Assembly: GCF_044704955.1 (NCBI RefSeq)
Contig: NC_091980.1
Location: 26,784,001 to 26,848,000 of the forward strand
Origin: Pristiophorus japonicus
Lineage: Eukaryota
Length of the DNA: 64,000 nt
Direction of reading: 5' to 3'
Below, in pieces: positions 36,984 through 49,607 of the stretch. How positions within the stretch are numbered: the stretch's first letter is position 1; each line of letters starts with the position of its first letter. The position numbers were made by a program, and so were the translations under genes. The notes below the pieces were generated by a model, which worked only from the letters and a program-made list of their open reading frames with translations, was not told the origin of the DNA and ran no database searches.

Positions 36984-38110
36984 GTCAACTGTGGCTCAGT
37001 TGGTGGCACTGTTGCCTCTGAATCAGAAGGTTGTGGGTTCCAGTCCGACCATTAGGACTGGATTTTCAACTTTTATGTTTTTGGGGCGATAATGGCAGCG
37101 GGGTGGGAAAGCTAGCGCTCAAGAATAGTTTGTGCCTCAGTAATTACGTTTGGGCAGCTAGGCTCTGTATCAGGGGGCTCAGCATTAAGGGAGGCATTGT
37201 ACCTGTCTTAGTCATTAGGATGGGAAACTCCCAAGCTAAAGAGCCAGGCCGGGAGCACTCTGAGAGATGCCTGGGGGTGGGAAAAATTACCTAAAAAAAA
37301 ATCACAAAAACATTCCCAAAACATTGACCACACCACCACAACACAAATCGCAAAAAAATTAAAAGAAAAACAATCACACTTACCTTAGGAGTCCATTACT
37401 CACCTCATTATTAATGGGATGGTTGGACTGCCTGATTTCCCAGACATTCACTGCGGGGCGCACTGCAGGGCAGACAGGTCAGGCAAGAGTCAAGCTCTTC
37501 CGGGTGGTGCTGCTCCATGCCGCCGCAAAAATAGACCGGAAGATCACTGCGCAGCGCTGGAGGCTGAACACCCAGCTAAAACACCTCACCGTCGCCATTG
37601 TCGCCACTCCGGGGCGAAAAACGGAGCAGAGAAGACCCGAAAATCCAGACCCAAGAGACTCGAGCACAAAAATCTAGGGTGACACGCCAGTGCAATAATG
37701 AGGGAGTACTGCACTGTTGGAGGCGTTGTCGTTCGAATGAGATGTTGAACTGAGGCCTTGTCTGCACTCACAGGTGGACATAAAAGATCCCATGGCACTA
37801 TATCGAAGAAGAGCAGGAGGAGAGAAGAGAGGTTCAGGATGGGAATTTCAGAGCCTAGGGCCCAGGCAGCTAACAGCATGGCTGCCAATGGTGTCCTGAC
37901 CAATATTTATCCCTCAATCAACATTACTAAAAATAACACAGATTGTCTAGTTGTTATCACATTGGTGTTTGAGGGAGCTTGCTGTGCGCAAATTGGCTGG
38001 CACATTTCGTACATTGCAACAGTGACTGCACTTCAAAAGTATTTCATTGGCTGTAAAAGGCTTTGGGATGTCCAGAGGTTGTGAAAGGCGCAATATAAAT
38101 GCAAGTCTTT
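36984..38110 (+). mobile_element. Deu-domain tRNA-derived SINE split by a MITE (37054-37652)
   Basis: A box gtggctcagttgg, B box gggttccagtcc, Deu core at ~37735-37930. MITE TIR aggactggattttc / gaaaatccagaccc. Confidence 0.8.
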
Positions 38111-38114
38111 CTTT

Positions 38115-38395
38115 TTTACCGACCCTCCTACCACTGGAAACAGTTTCTCCCTATTTACTCTATCAAAATCCCTCATAATTTGAACAATTGCATTAAATCT
38201 CCACTTAATCTTCTCTGCTCTAAGGAGAACAACCACAGCTTCTCTAAGTCTCTCCACAAAACTGAAAACCCTCATTCCTGGTACCATTCTGGTAAATCTC
38301 CTCTGCTCCCTCTCCAAGACCTTGACATCCTTCCTAAAGTGCAAAGCCCAGAATTGTACACATACTCCAGCTGAGGCCTAGCCAATGGTTCATGA
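38115..38395 (-). mobile_element. CR1 3' fragment
   Basis: HFRKDVKVLEREQRRFTRMVPGM on -. Confidence 0.75.
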
Positions 38396-38519
38396 AGAGA
38401 CTTTGGGGGCTGAAATTGGTTGTGGACATGGGTGTGTAAAACAGATGGAGGATTCGTTAATAATCACATAGAGCAGAGCATCAGAGAGCTCTCATTCAAC
38501 AACATACTACCAAGAAGAA

Positions 38520-41500
38520 GAAGTGTGAACTATTAGATGAAATAAACATAGTGAGAGAGGAGGTGTTAAGGGGTTTAGCAGCTTTGAAAGTGGATAAATC
38601 CCCAGGCCCAGATGAAATGTATCCCAGGCTGTTAAGGGAAGTAAAAGAGGAAATAGCAGAGGCTTTGAAGATCATTTTCCAATCCTCTCTGGCTTCAGGT
38701 GTGGTGCCAGAGTACTGGAGGACTGCTAATGTGGTACCTTTGTTTAAGAAGGGAGAAAGGGATGGACCAAGTAATTACATGCCAGTCAGCCTAACCTCAG
38801 CAGTGGGAAAATTATTGGAAAAATTCCTGAAGGACAGGATAAATCTTCACTTAGAAAGACACGGATTAATCAAGGGCAGTCAGCATGGATTTATTAAGGA
38901 AAGGTCGTGTCTGACTAACTTGATTGAATTTTTCGAGGAGGTAACCAGGAGAGTCAATCAGGGCAGTGCATATGATGTAGTGTATATGGATTTTAGCAAA
39001 GCTTTTGATAAGGTCCCACATGGCCACAAAAGTAAAAGGCCATGAAATCCAGGGCAAAGTGGCAAGTTGGATCCAAAATAGGCTCAGAGGCAGGAAGCAA
39101 AAAGTTGATGGGTGTTTTTGCGACTGGAAGGATGTTTCCAGTGGGGTTCCGCAGGACTCAGTACTAGGTCCCTTGCTTTTTGTGATATACATCAATGAGC
39201 TAGACTTGAATATAGGGAGTATGATTCAGAAGTTTGCAGATGATACTAAAATTGGCTGTGTGGTTGATAATGAAGAAGAAAGCTGCAGACTGCAGGAAGA
39301 TATCAATCAACTGGTCAGGTGGGCAGAACAGTGGCAAATGGAATAAGTGTGAGGTAATGCATTTTGGGAGGGCTAACAAGGAAAGGGAATACACATTAAA
39401 TGGTGGATACTGAGAAGTGTAGAGGAACAAAGGACTTAGAGTGCATGTCCACAGATTCCTGAAAGTAGCAGGCCAGGAAGATAAGGTGATTAAGGTGTCA
39501 TGTATGTACATGCTGTTTGTAGCTACCAGGTGGTGCCATTGCTGGAGGCCACTGAGCAGCACGCACATGGTGCTGCTCTGGTATAAAAGGCCAGCCATTT
39601 TGTGAGTCAGACATTTTGGGCCAAAATAAAGTAGAAGCAAGGTTGTCTCTTGCTTAGTTAAACAGTACTCAGTTTGAACTTTTATTGCACAACATAGCAT
39701 TTGGCGATGAGAATACAAGAACATTTGTTTGCAAAATGAGCACGATTGGATTTTTAGAGCGATCCGTGGAGAGAGTAGATTGGGCAGACTTTGTGAGCCG
39801 TTTGAACCAGTACTTCATGGCCAACAAAATGGAGGGGGTCGACAATGCAGATCGGTGCCGGGCCGTGTTCCTCATTATGTGCGGTTCAAAGATCTATGGT
39901 CTGATAAAGAATCTACTCATGCCTAGTGATCCAATAGAGAAAACGTACGAGGAGCTGTGTACATTGGTATGAGAGCACCTGAAGCCAGAGGACGGCATCA
40001 TCATCTCGAGATACAGGTTTTATACACACATTCGATCGGAGGGCCAGAGCGCAGCAGAATTTGTTGCCGATCTGAGACGTCTAGCGGGACGGTGTTGGCC
40101 GATATGCTGCGGGACTTCTTTGTTATCGGTATCAACCACGAGGTGATCCTGCGTAAATGTCTGGTGGTGGAGGAGTTGGATGTAAAAAGGGCTATCCAGA
40201 TCGCTCAATCATGTATGACGACGACGGACAGGAGTCGAAAGCAAATAGCAGTGAAGAACCGAACCTCAGCAAGTAATGTAAATGCGAGTGATTCAGCGTT
40301 CGGCAGAGCGGCATATGGCAGGGCCTATCCGGCTACGATCGTGAAACCTGTGGCTGCCCAAAGTACGCCAGCGGAACTGTATCCGAGTTCTCCGTGTTGC
40401 CGTTGTGGGGAAAATCATCGGCCCCAGCAGTGCCGATTTAAGCAATACAGTTGCAAAGGCTGTCTGAGAATAGGGCATCTCCAGCGCAAGTGTCCGCAGA
40501 TGAGCAAGCGAGCTGCGAAGCACCATGTGGAGGATGAGAGCCAGACTAGCGCGGATCCAGATACGCAATCCGAGATGCCAGAGGAGGAAGTGTATGGACT
40601 GTACTCCTTCATAACCAAGAGTAAACCAATTTTGATTGACGGGAAGTTTAATGGGATACCGGTATCGATGGAACTGGACACAGAGGCGAGTCAATCGATC
40701 ATGAATGAGAGGGCATTTAATAAGCTGTGGGATACTAAGACTGTGAGGCCCAGGCTGAGCCCTGTTAATGTCAAGCTGCGCACATACACCAAAGAACTGA
40801 TAAAGGTGATTGGCAGTGCACAAATTAATGTGTCGTATAACAGTGCGGTTCACGAGTTCGAGGCAATGGCCCAACGTTGCTCAGCAGGAGCTGGTTGGAG
40901 AAAATCAGATGCGACTGGAATGACATAAAGGCGTTGTCGTCAGAGGAAGATACATGTGCCCAAGTATTGAGCAAGTTCCCCTCACTGTTCGAACCCGGTA
41001 TCAGCAACTTCATGGAAGCCAAGTTGTAGATCCAGGTCCATCTCCCTCATCATATGCTCGGGCAGTGCCGTATATGATGAGGAAGATGGTCGAAATCGAA
41101 CTGGACAGACTCCAGCGTGGAGGGATCATATCACCGGTCGAATTTAATGAATGGGCCAGCCCCATTGTTCCTGTGCTGAAAAGTGATGGCACAGTCAGAA
41201 TCTGTGGCGACTGCAAGGCTATGATCAACAGGGTTTGGAAACAGGATCAGTACCTGTCACCGAAGGCTGATGACTGGTTTGCGACGCTAGCCGGTGGGAT
41301 GTCATTCACAAAACTGGACTTGACGTCGGCCTATATGACGCAGGAGTTGGTCAAGATGTCGAAGAGACTTACGTGCATTAACACGACAAAGGACTATTTA
41401 TTTACTACAGGTGCCCGTTTGGAATTCGCTCAGCTGCAGCAATATTCCAGGGGAATATGGAAAGTCTACTGAAGTCTGTTCCCAGAACTGTCGTGTTCCA

Positions 41501-44500
41501 AAATGACATCCTGATCACAGGTGGTGACTCCAAGGAACATCTGAACAACCTGGAAGAGGTTCTACTGCATTTGAACAGAGTGGGACTCAGACTTAAACGT
41601 CCGAAGTGTGTCTTCATGGCACCGGAGGTCGAATTCCTCGGGAGGAAAATCGCCGCTGATGGTATCAGACTACTGACGTGAAAACCAAAGCCATCAAGAA
41701 TGCACCCAAGCCGCAGAACGTGACGGAGCTGCGTTCATTCCTGGGTCTACTCAACTTCTTTGGTAAATTCCTACCTAAATTGAGCACCTTACTTGAACAT
41801 GCTATTGAGAAAAGGCATGGAGGGCTTTGCAAGACAGAGCCTTCGAGAAAGCCACCAATCTGCTTTGCTCGAACAAGCTGCTGGTACATTATGACCCATG
41901 TCAACATTTAGTTTTGGCCTGTGATGCATTACCTTATGGAATTGGTTGCGTGTTACAACAAGCCAATGAGTCGGGGAAACTTCAACCTGTCGCATATGCA
42001 TCCAAAAGTTTGTCTAAAGCAGAAAGAGCTGACAGTATGGTAGAAAAAAAAGCTTTAGCATGTGTGTATGGTATTAAAATGATGCATCAATACCTGTTCG
42101 GTCTGAGGTTTGAATTAGAGACCGATCACAAGTCGCTCATTTCGTTGTTTTCCGAGAGCAAAGGTATTAATACCAATGCTTCATCCCGCATCCAAAGGTC
42201 GGCGCTGACATTATCTGCCTATGATTATGTCATTTGCCACAGACCTGGTACAGAGAATTGTGCCGATGCTTTGAGCCGGTTGCCGTTGCTGACACTGGAG
42301 GTGGAAACGCCACAACCGGCATATTTAATGTTAATCATGGATGCGTTTGAGAGTGAAGGTACCCCTGTCATGGCTCAACAAGTTAATACCTGGACCAACC
42401 AGGACCCAATATTATCGGTGGTAAAGGGTTGCATCCTCAAAGGGGGTTGGTCTGCCATACCTAGGAAATGTGTGAGGAGGCCAAACCGTACATTCGTCTC
42501 AAGGACAAGCTGTCTATTCAAGCAGATTGCATATTGTAGGGCAATCGAGTTGTAATGCCTAAGAAAGGGAGAGAGAAGTTTGTGCGTGGGTTACACAGCA
42601 CACATTCTGATATAGTGATGATGAAGGCCATCACCAGGTCCCATGTATGGTGGCCAGAAATTGATTCTGAGCTAGAAGTATGCGTGCATCAGTGCAACAC
42701 CTGCATGCAGCTCAGCAAAGCACCAACGGAATCGTCGCTGAGCCTGTGGTCATGACCATCCAAACCTTGGTCCAGGATCCATGTAGATTTTTCAGGTCCC
42801 TTCCTGGGCAAAATGTTTTTAGTGGTGGTGGATGCCTTTTCGAAGTGGATAGACTGCATAATCATGTCATCCAGTACATCCACGGCAACCACAGAGAATC
42901 TCAATGTCATGTTCGTGACATGGTCTGCCTGACACAGTGGTGAGCGACAATGGAACACCAGTCAGGAGTTTCAGGAGTTTGTAAAACTTAATGGCATAAA
43001 ACATGTAAGGTCAGCACCATTCAAGCCTGCGTCCAACGGGCAAGCAGAATGTGCAGTACAAGTTATCAAGCTAAGCATGAGGAGAGAATCCAAGGATCAC
43101 TGCAGACCCACTTGTCTTGCATACTGCTGAGTTACAGGACAAGATCCCACACACTCAGAGGTCTCACCTGCTGAATTTATGATGAAAAGAGGTCTTAGAC
43201 CATGTTATCTCTTGTACAGCGGGATTTAAGTAATCATGTTGAATACAGAAGACAGAGTCAACAAGGGTACCACGATCGCACAACTGTGTCACGCGAAATT
43301 TCTGTGAATGATCCTGTATATGCATTGAATTATGGTCAGTGTCCCAAAGGGATTGCTGGTACACGCATGGCCAAGGAGGGAAACAGAGTATTTGTTATTA
43401 AGCTCAAGAATGGGCAAACTTGCAGGAAACACATGGATCAGACAAAGCTGAGGCACACAGACGAGCCAGAGCAGTCGGACGAAGAAACCGTCGACGACCA
43501 ACCAACCTACCAGCAGCCTTCAGTGGACTCAAGGGTCATCAGTGAACCCGGAATTCCCATCATGGACTTGTTCAATAAAAATAGACTTACAATTCCTGAC
43601 ATGACCACTGCCACCCCCAACAAGTCAGTCATCCAGCCACCAGCCACAACAGACTCCGCACATTCACCCAAGGCCGGAATCGAACTGAGACGGTCAACCC
43701 GGGAGCGTAAAGCACCGGACCATCTCAACCTGTGAAAAACTGTGATAAGATCTCAGAGGAGGGTATTGTCATGTATGTACATGCTGTTTGTAGCCACCAG
43801 ATGGTGCCATTGCTGGAGGCCACTGATAAAGCAGAAGCAAGGTTGTACCTTGCTTATTTAAACAGTACTCAGTTTGAACCTTTATTGCATACATAACAGA
43901 AGGCATACGGAATGCTTGCCTTTATTTGCCGAGGCATAGAATGTAAGAGCAGGGGGCTTATGCTTGAACTGTATAAAACACTGGTTAGCCACAGCTTGAG
44001 TACTGCATGCAGTTCTGGTCACCACATTACAGGAATTACGTTATTGCACTGGAGCGAGTACAAAGGAGATTTACGAGGATGTTGCTGGGAATGGAGAATC
44101 TAAGCTATGAGAACAGATTAGATAGGCTGGATCTGTTTTCATTGGAACAGAGGAGGCTGAGAGGAGACCTCATTGAGGTGTATAAAAATATGAGGGGCCT
44201 AGATATAGTGGATAGTAAGGGCCTATTTCCCTTAGCAGAAGGGGCAACAAGCAGGGGCCATAAATTTAAAGTAATTGGTAGAAGGTTTAGAGGGGATTTG
44301 AGGGGAAATTTCTTCACCCAGAGGGTGGTGGGTGTCTGGTACTCATTGTCTGAAGTGATAGAGGCAGAACCCCTCACCACATTTAAAAATTACTTGGATG
44401 TGCACCTGAAGTGCCGTAACCTGCAGGGTTACGGATCTAGAGCTGGAAAGTGGGATTAGGCTGGATAGCCTCTTGTTGGCCGGCACGGACACGATGGGCC

Positions 44501-44542
44501 GAAATAGCCTCCTTCTGTGCTGTAAATTTCTATGATTCTATG
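38520..44542 (+). mobile_element. CR1 RT-to-3' end fragment split by a Gypsy insertion
   Basis: RT ORFs 38551-39346 (KSPGPD, GVPQDSVLGP, KFADDTK). Resumes at 43899 (KAYGMLAFI...) and ends in a ctatgattctatga tail. Confidence 0.9.
39496..43898 (+). mobile_element. Full-length decayed Ty3/Gypsy (Mag-like) element; LTRs 39496-39699 and 43767-43898
   Basis: TGTCA...CA LTRs, PBS TGGCGATGAG (39702), PPT agaggaggg, TSD taagg/gaagg. Gag with two Cys/His knuckles, then PR, RT, RNase H and IN with many frameshifts. Confidence 0.95.
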
Positions 44543-45335
44543 AACAACAACAACTTGCATTTATACAGCGCTTTCAACACAGTTGCATACCCCAAGGCAC
44601 TTTACAGGAGCGTTATCAAATTAAATTTGACACGGAGCTGCATAAAGAAATATTAGGGCGGATGACCAAATGTTTGGTAATAGAGGTAGGTATTAAGAAT
44701 CGTCTTAGAGGAGGAAACAGAGACAGAGACGTGGAGAGGTTTAGGGAGGAATTCCAGAACTTAGGGCCGAGGCAACTGAAGGCATGACCACCAATGGTGG
44801 AGCGATTAAAATCAAGAGGACAGATTTGGAGGAGTGCAGATATCTTGGAAGATTGTAGAGCTAGAAGGGTTAGAGAGATAGGGAGGGCCGAGGTCATGGA
44901 GGGATTTGAAAACATGAGAATGAGAATGTTACAATTGGAGCATTGCTGGACCGAGAGACAATGTAGGTTAGCGAGCAATGGGGTGGGGTGGTGGGGGGGC
45001 GGGAGTGGTGCTGATGGGTGAATGGGACTTGGTGCGAGTTAGGATATGTTACAGCAGAGTTTTGGATGAGCTCCAGTTCATGGAGGATGGAGCATGTGAG
45101 GCCAGCCAGAAGAGCATTGGAATAGTAAAGTCTGGAGGTAACAAATGCACAGATGAGAGTTTCAGCAGATGAGCTGAGGCAGAGGTGGAGACGGGCGATT
45201 TACGGAGGTGGAAGTAAACGGTCTTGGTGCTGACACGGATACCGTGATTGGAAGCAATCCCGGGGTCAAATACGGCACCAAGGATGCGAAGGCTCTGGTT
45301 CAGCCTCAGGTAGTTGCCAGGGAGAGTGATAACCG
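44543..45335 (-). mobile_element. L2-type LINE 3' fragment
   Basis: (AAC)n tail plus 'ttgcatttatacagcgc'. On -: RSTIGGHAFSCLGPKFWNS and LRILGAVFDP. Confidence 0.75.
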
Positions 45336-45397
45336 GATCAGACATTCTTTGCTGTACACTGTTTCATTCACTTCTTTGCCCCCTCATTCCTTTTCAG

Positions 45398-45754
45398 GGG
45401 CACTGTCGGAGGAATGGTCTATCCGAGCTCTGCCCAGGAAGGCAGTGAGCCGATCTTGTGTGGTGATACCCTGTACTTTCGACTTTCCTTCACACCCTTA
45501 CATAGCCCTGCACGGAGCCTGGTTTAAATACTGGTATAAATGGAAATACACAGTCTACTACAGCAAAGATCCCAAATATGCGATGTCCACATTCATGGGG
45601 CGAGCCAAAATAATTGGAGACCTGGAGCAGAAGAATTGCTCCTTGAGGATCAATAATCTCAGACCCGAAGACAGTGACATGTATTACTTCTATGTGGATT
45701 TGGAGGGCTTCAAGGATCATACTTTCACAGACCCTGTCCAGCTACAGGTTGTCC
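45398..45754 (+). CDS. V-set Ig exon of a MAG/Siglec-like protein (357 nt, phase 1-1)
   Basis: Polypyrimidine/ttttcag acceptor and C|gtaagt donor. Siglec signature W...SCVVIPCTFDFP...HGAW...FMGRAKIIGDLEQKNCSLRI...DSDMYYFYVDLEG...TF, closely paralleling MAG D1 (CVSIPCRFDFP...LGDLGLRNCTL...YYFRGDLGG). Confidence 0.92.
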
Positions 45755-45792
45755 GTAAGTCTCAGTTCCTTTGACACTCAGTCTATCCGTAT

Positions 45793-46790
45793 CAGCCATG
45801 GCTCAGTGGGTTTAACACTCCCTCTCTCTTGTCCCTGAGTCAGAAGATCATGGGATCAAATACCTGCTCCAGGAGATTTGAGCACATAATCCAGGCTAAC
45901 ACTTTTTGTAGTACTGAGGGATCACTGTTCTGTCAAAGGGTCAGTACTGAGGGAATGCTGCACTGTCAGAGGGACAGTACTGAGGGAGTGCTGCACTGCC
46001 AGAGGGACAGTACTGAGGGATCACTGTTCTGTCAGAGGGTCAGTACTGAGGGAATGCTGCACTGTCAGAGGGGCAGTACTGAGGGAATGCTGCACTGTCA
46101 GAGGGGCAGTACTGAGGGAATGCTGCACTGTTTGAAGGGGCAGTACTGAGGGAGTGCTGCTCTGTCAGAGGGACAGTACTGAGGGAATGCTGCACTGTCA
46201 GAGGGACAGTACTGAGGGAATGCTGCAGTGTTCGGAGGGGCAGTACTGAAGGAGTGCTGCACTGATTGGAGGGGCAGTACTGAGGGAGTGCTACACTGTC
46301 AGAGGGGCAGTACTGAGGGAATGCTACACTATTTGGAGGGGCAGTACTGAGGAAGTGCTGCACTGTTTGGAGGGGTAGTAATGAGGGAATGCTGCACTGT
46401 CAAAGAGGCAGTACTGAGGGAAAACTGCACTGTCAGAGCAGCAGTACTGACAGAGTGCTGCACTGTCGGAGTTTCAGATGGGACTTTAAACCGAGACTCC
46501 ATCTGCCCTCTCAGGTGGACATAAAAAAATCCCCTGCCGCTATTCGAAGAAGAGCAGGGGAGTTCTCCCTGGTGTCCTGGGGCTAACATTTATCCCTTGA
46601 TCAACATCACGACAAAATAATATGATCTGGTCATTTCTAACCTTGCTGATTGTGGGAGGTTGCTGTGCGCAAATTGGCTGACACGTTTCCTACATTACAG
46701 TGACTACAATTCAAAAGTACTTTATTGGCTGTAAAGCGCTTTGGGATGTCCTGCGGTGGTGAAAGGCGCTATAGAAATGCAAGATTTTTT
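45793..46790 (+). mobile_element. Deu-domain SINE with an internal minisatellite (45909-46470)
   Basis: Head tggctcagtgg...gggatcaaatacc; ~17 units of agtactgagggaatgctgcactgtcagagggc; Deu core at ~46477-46610; L2-like tail. Confidence 0.85.
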
Positions 46791-46939
46791 TGTGTTGGTC
46801 TTTCGGTCACGTTGCTGGACCAGATTGTGGGATGTCAATGCCTGGAGCAAAACTGTTTCCAAAAATTGCCCTCAGTAATTGCGTCAGGAGCAGTCCTTCC
46901 CTTTCAGAGAAGCCCTAGGGTCAAGATTGTCCAGAAGGT

Positions 46940-49230
46940 GAGATAAGCATATAGAGGTCTTTGGGCTTTTTAAATAGAGGCCTAGAGTACAAAAGAATGG
47001 TTAGAATGGTTATAGCACAGAAGGAGGCTATTTGGTACATCGAGCCCATGCCGACTCTCTGCAAGAGCACTTCAGCTAGTCCCGCCCTCCCGCCCTTTCC
47101 CCATAGCCCCGTAAATTTTTTTCCTTCAGGTACTTATTCAATTCCCTTTTGAAAGCCATGATTGAATCTGCCTCCACCACCCTTTCAGGCAGTGCATTCC
47201 AGATTTTAAGTACTCACTGAGTAAAAAGGTTTTTCCTCATGTTGCCCTTGGTTCTCTGCCAATCACATGAAATCTGTGTCCTCTGGTTCTTGACCCTTTC
47301 GCCAATGGGAATAGTTTCTCTCTAGCTACTCTGTCTAGATCCCACGTGATTATCACTGGTTAAGCCCCAGCTGGAGTGTTGTGTCCAGCTCTGGGCACCA
47401 CACACCTCAGAATGAATGTCGAGGTTGCAAAGGAGATTTACTAGAACGATACCAAGAATAAGCAATTTCATTTACGTGGAGAGAATGGAGAAGCTGGGAT
47501 TGTTCTCCTTGGTGCAGAGAGGGTGAAGACATTTAATAGAGGTGTTCTAAATCATGAATGGTTTTGATAGAGTAAATAAGGAAAAACTGTTTCCAGTGGC
47601 AGGAGGGTCGATAACCAGCAGGCACAAATAATTGGCTAAAGGACCAGGGTGGAGATGAGAAATGTTTTTACATATTGAATTGTTGCAATCTGGAATACAC
47701 TGTCTGAAAAGATGGTGGGAGCAGATTCAATAGTAACCTTCAAAAAATATTTGGATAAATATAAACATAGAAACATAGAAAATAGGTGCAGGAGTAGGCC
47801 ATTCGGCTCTTCGAGCCTGCACCGCCATTCAATGAGTTCATGGCTGAACATGCAACTTCAGTACCCCATTCCTGCTTTCTCACCATACCCCTTGATCCCC
47901 CTAGTAGTAAGGACTACATCTAATTCCTTTTTGAATATATTTAGTGAATTGGCCTCAACAATTTTCTGTGGGAGAGAATTCCACTGGTTCACCACTCTCT
48001 GGGTGAAGAAGTTTGAAAAGAACAAATTTGCAGGGCTATGGGGAAAGTGGGGCAGTGGGACGATTTGGATAGCTCTTTCAAAGAACCGGCACAGGCATGA
48101 TTGGCCAAATGGTCTCCTTCTGTGTTGTATGATACTGAGTCAAAAGTGGAGATAATTTTGAAGTCAGAGATTGATAAAAAAAAGAAAGAACTTGCATTTA
48201 TATAGCGCCTTTCATATCTTCAGGACGCCCCCAAAGCATTTCAGAGCCCCTGAATTACCTTAAAACTGTAGTCACAGCTTCAATGTAGAGAATTGTAGCA
48301 ACCGATTTACACACAGCAAGATCCCAGATTGAAGAGGATAGAACAGAATGTCGTGCAAGGAGCAAAGCAGGCGGTCGATTTCCCTGCTGATCAATGTTAA
48401 AATCACCCTCATTTGTGTATGGTGTCGTGTGAGAAAATGATTGACTGGATCTTAATTCCCTACACGTCCAAATCCTCTGTCAATGCTCACTATCTGGGTT
48501 CACACGCGATATAAGATTGTCACTAATAAATCCAATCAGCTATTCCGGAGAAAGGTCTTTGCCCAGAGATTGGTGAGAATGTGGAACTCGCTGCCACTGG
48601 GAGTGGTTGAGACGAATAGCATAGATGCATTTAAAGGGAAGCTGGATAAGTACATGTGGGTGAAAGGAATAGAGGGTGTACTGATAGGGTGAGATGATCT
48701 AGGGTGGGAGGAGGCTCATGTGGAGCACACACACTGGCATGGACGATTTGAGCAGAATGACCTGTTTCTGTGCTGTAGACTCAATGTAACTCGATCCAAA
48801 ATGAGATACCAGAAGATGATTTGTTTTGGTTTTATCTGTCTTGAGGTGCAGACACACCCTACTTGCCCTGAGAGGGTAATAGTGGGACTTTTAAGACCAT
48901 AAGAAATAGGAGCAGGAGTAAGCCACTCGGCCTGCTCCGCCATTCAATAAGATCATGGCTAATCTACCTCAACTACACTTTCCCGCACTATCATCATATC
49001 CCTTGATTCCCTTAGTATCCCAAAATCTGTTGATCTCTGTCTTGAATATATGACTGAGCATCCACAGCTCTCTGGTGTAGAGTATTCCAAACAATCACAA
49101 CCCTTTGAGTGAAGAAATTATTCCTCAGCTCAGTCTTAAATGGTCGACCCCTTATCCTGAGACTGTGACCCGAATCAATCAGAGGAAACATCTTCCCAAA
49201 ATTTACCTTATCAAGCCCTTTAAGGATTGT
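46940..49230. mobile_element. Mosaic of short CR1 3' fragments on both strands plus a SINE tail
   Basis: Repeated CR1 3' motifs and tails at ~46995-47350(-), 47350-47760(+), 47762-48012(-), 48013-48135(+), 48505-48790(+) and 48893-49230(-). Confidence 0.7.
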
Positions 49231-49607
49231 AAATTGTTGTCATGACTGAGCCACCTCAACATATGTCAACCGCACGGTGTGGGATTGGAATCATGCAGAG
49301 GTCCAGACCAGCTATGGATGGTCGGTCCTCTTCACTACAGGACATTAATGTCCCAGTTGGGTTTTGCTTTTTTGAACAATCTGGCAGATTCCATGGTTAT
49401 TTTATCTGGTGCCTTTCCACAAATTACCAGATTTGTTGAATATATCTTGCCCTGATGGGATGTAAACTCATGAGCATTGAGTTCCTAGTCCAGTATCAAG
49501 ACCAGTAAACTTCAAACATTGAACCACATGTCACTAAGCGCCATCTGCGTAAGAGATTTGCAGATGAAACAAAACTTGGCAAAGTAGTAGGTAATGATGA
49601 GGATAGT

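Noticed and set aside
36984-37052. tRNA-like A/B boxes (also ~45795 and ~35400)
   Set aside because: These are SINE heads, not complete tRNA cloverleafs.
45208-45397. N-terminal extension of the 188-aa ORF before the Siglec exon
   Set aside because: Antisense L2 plus intronic polypyrimidine tract; the real exon starts at the acceptor at 45398.
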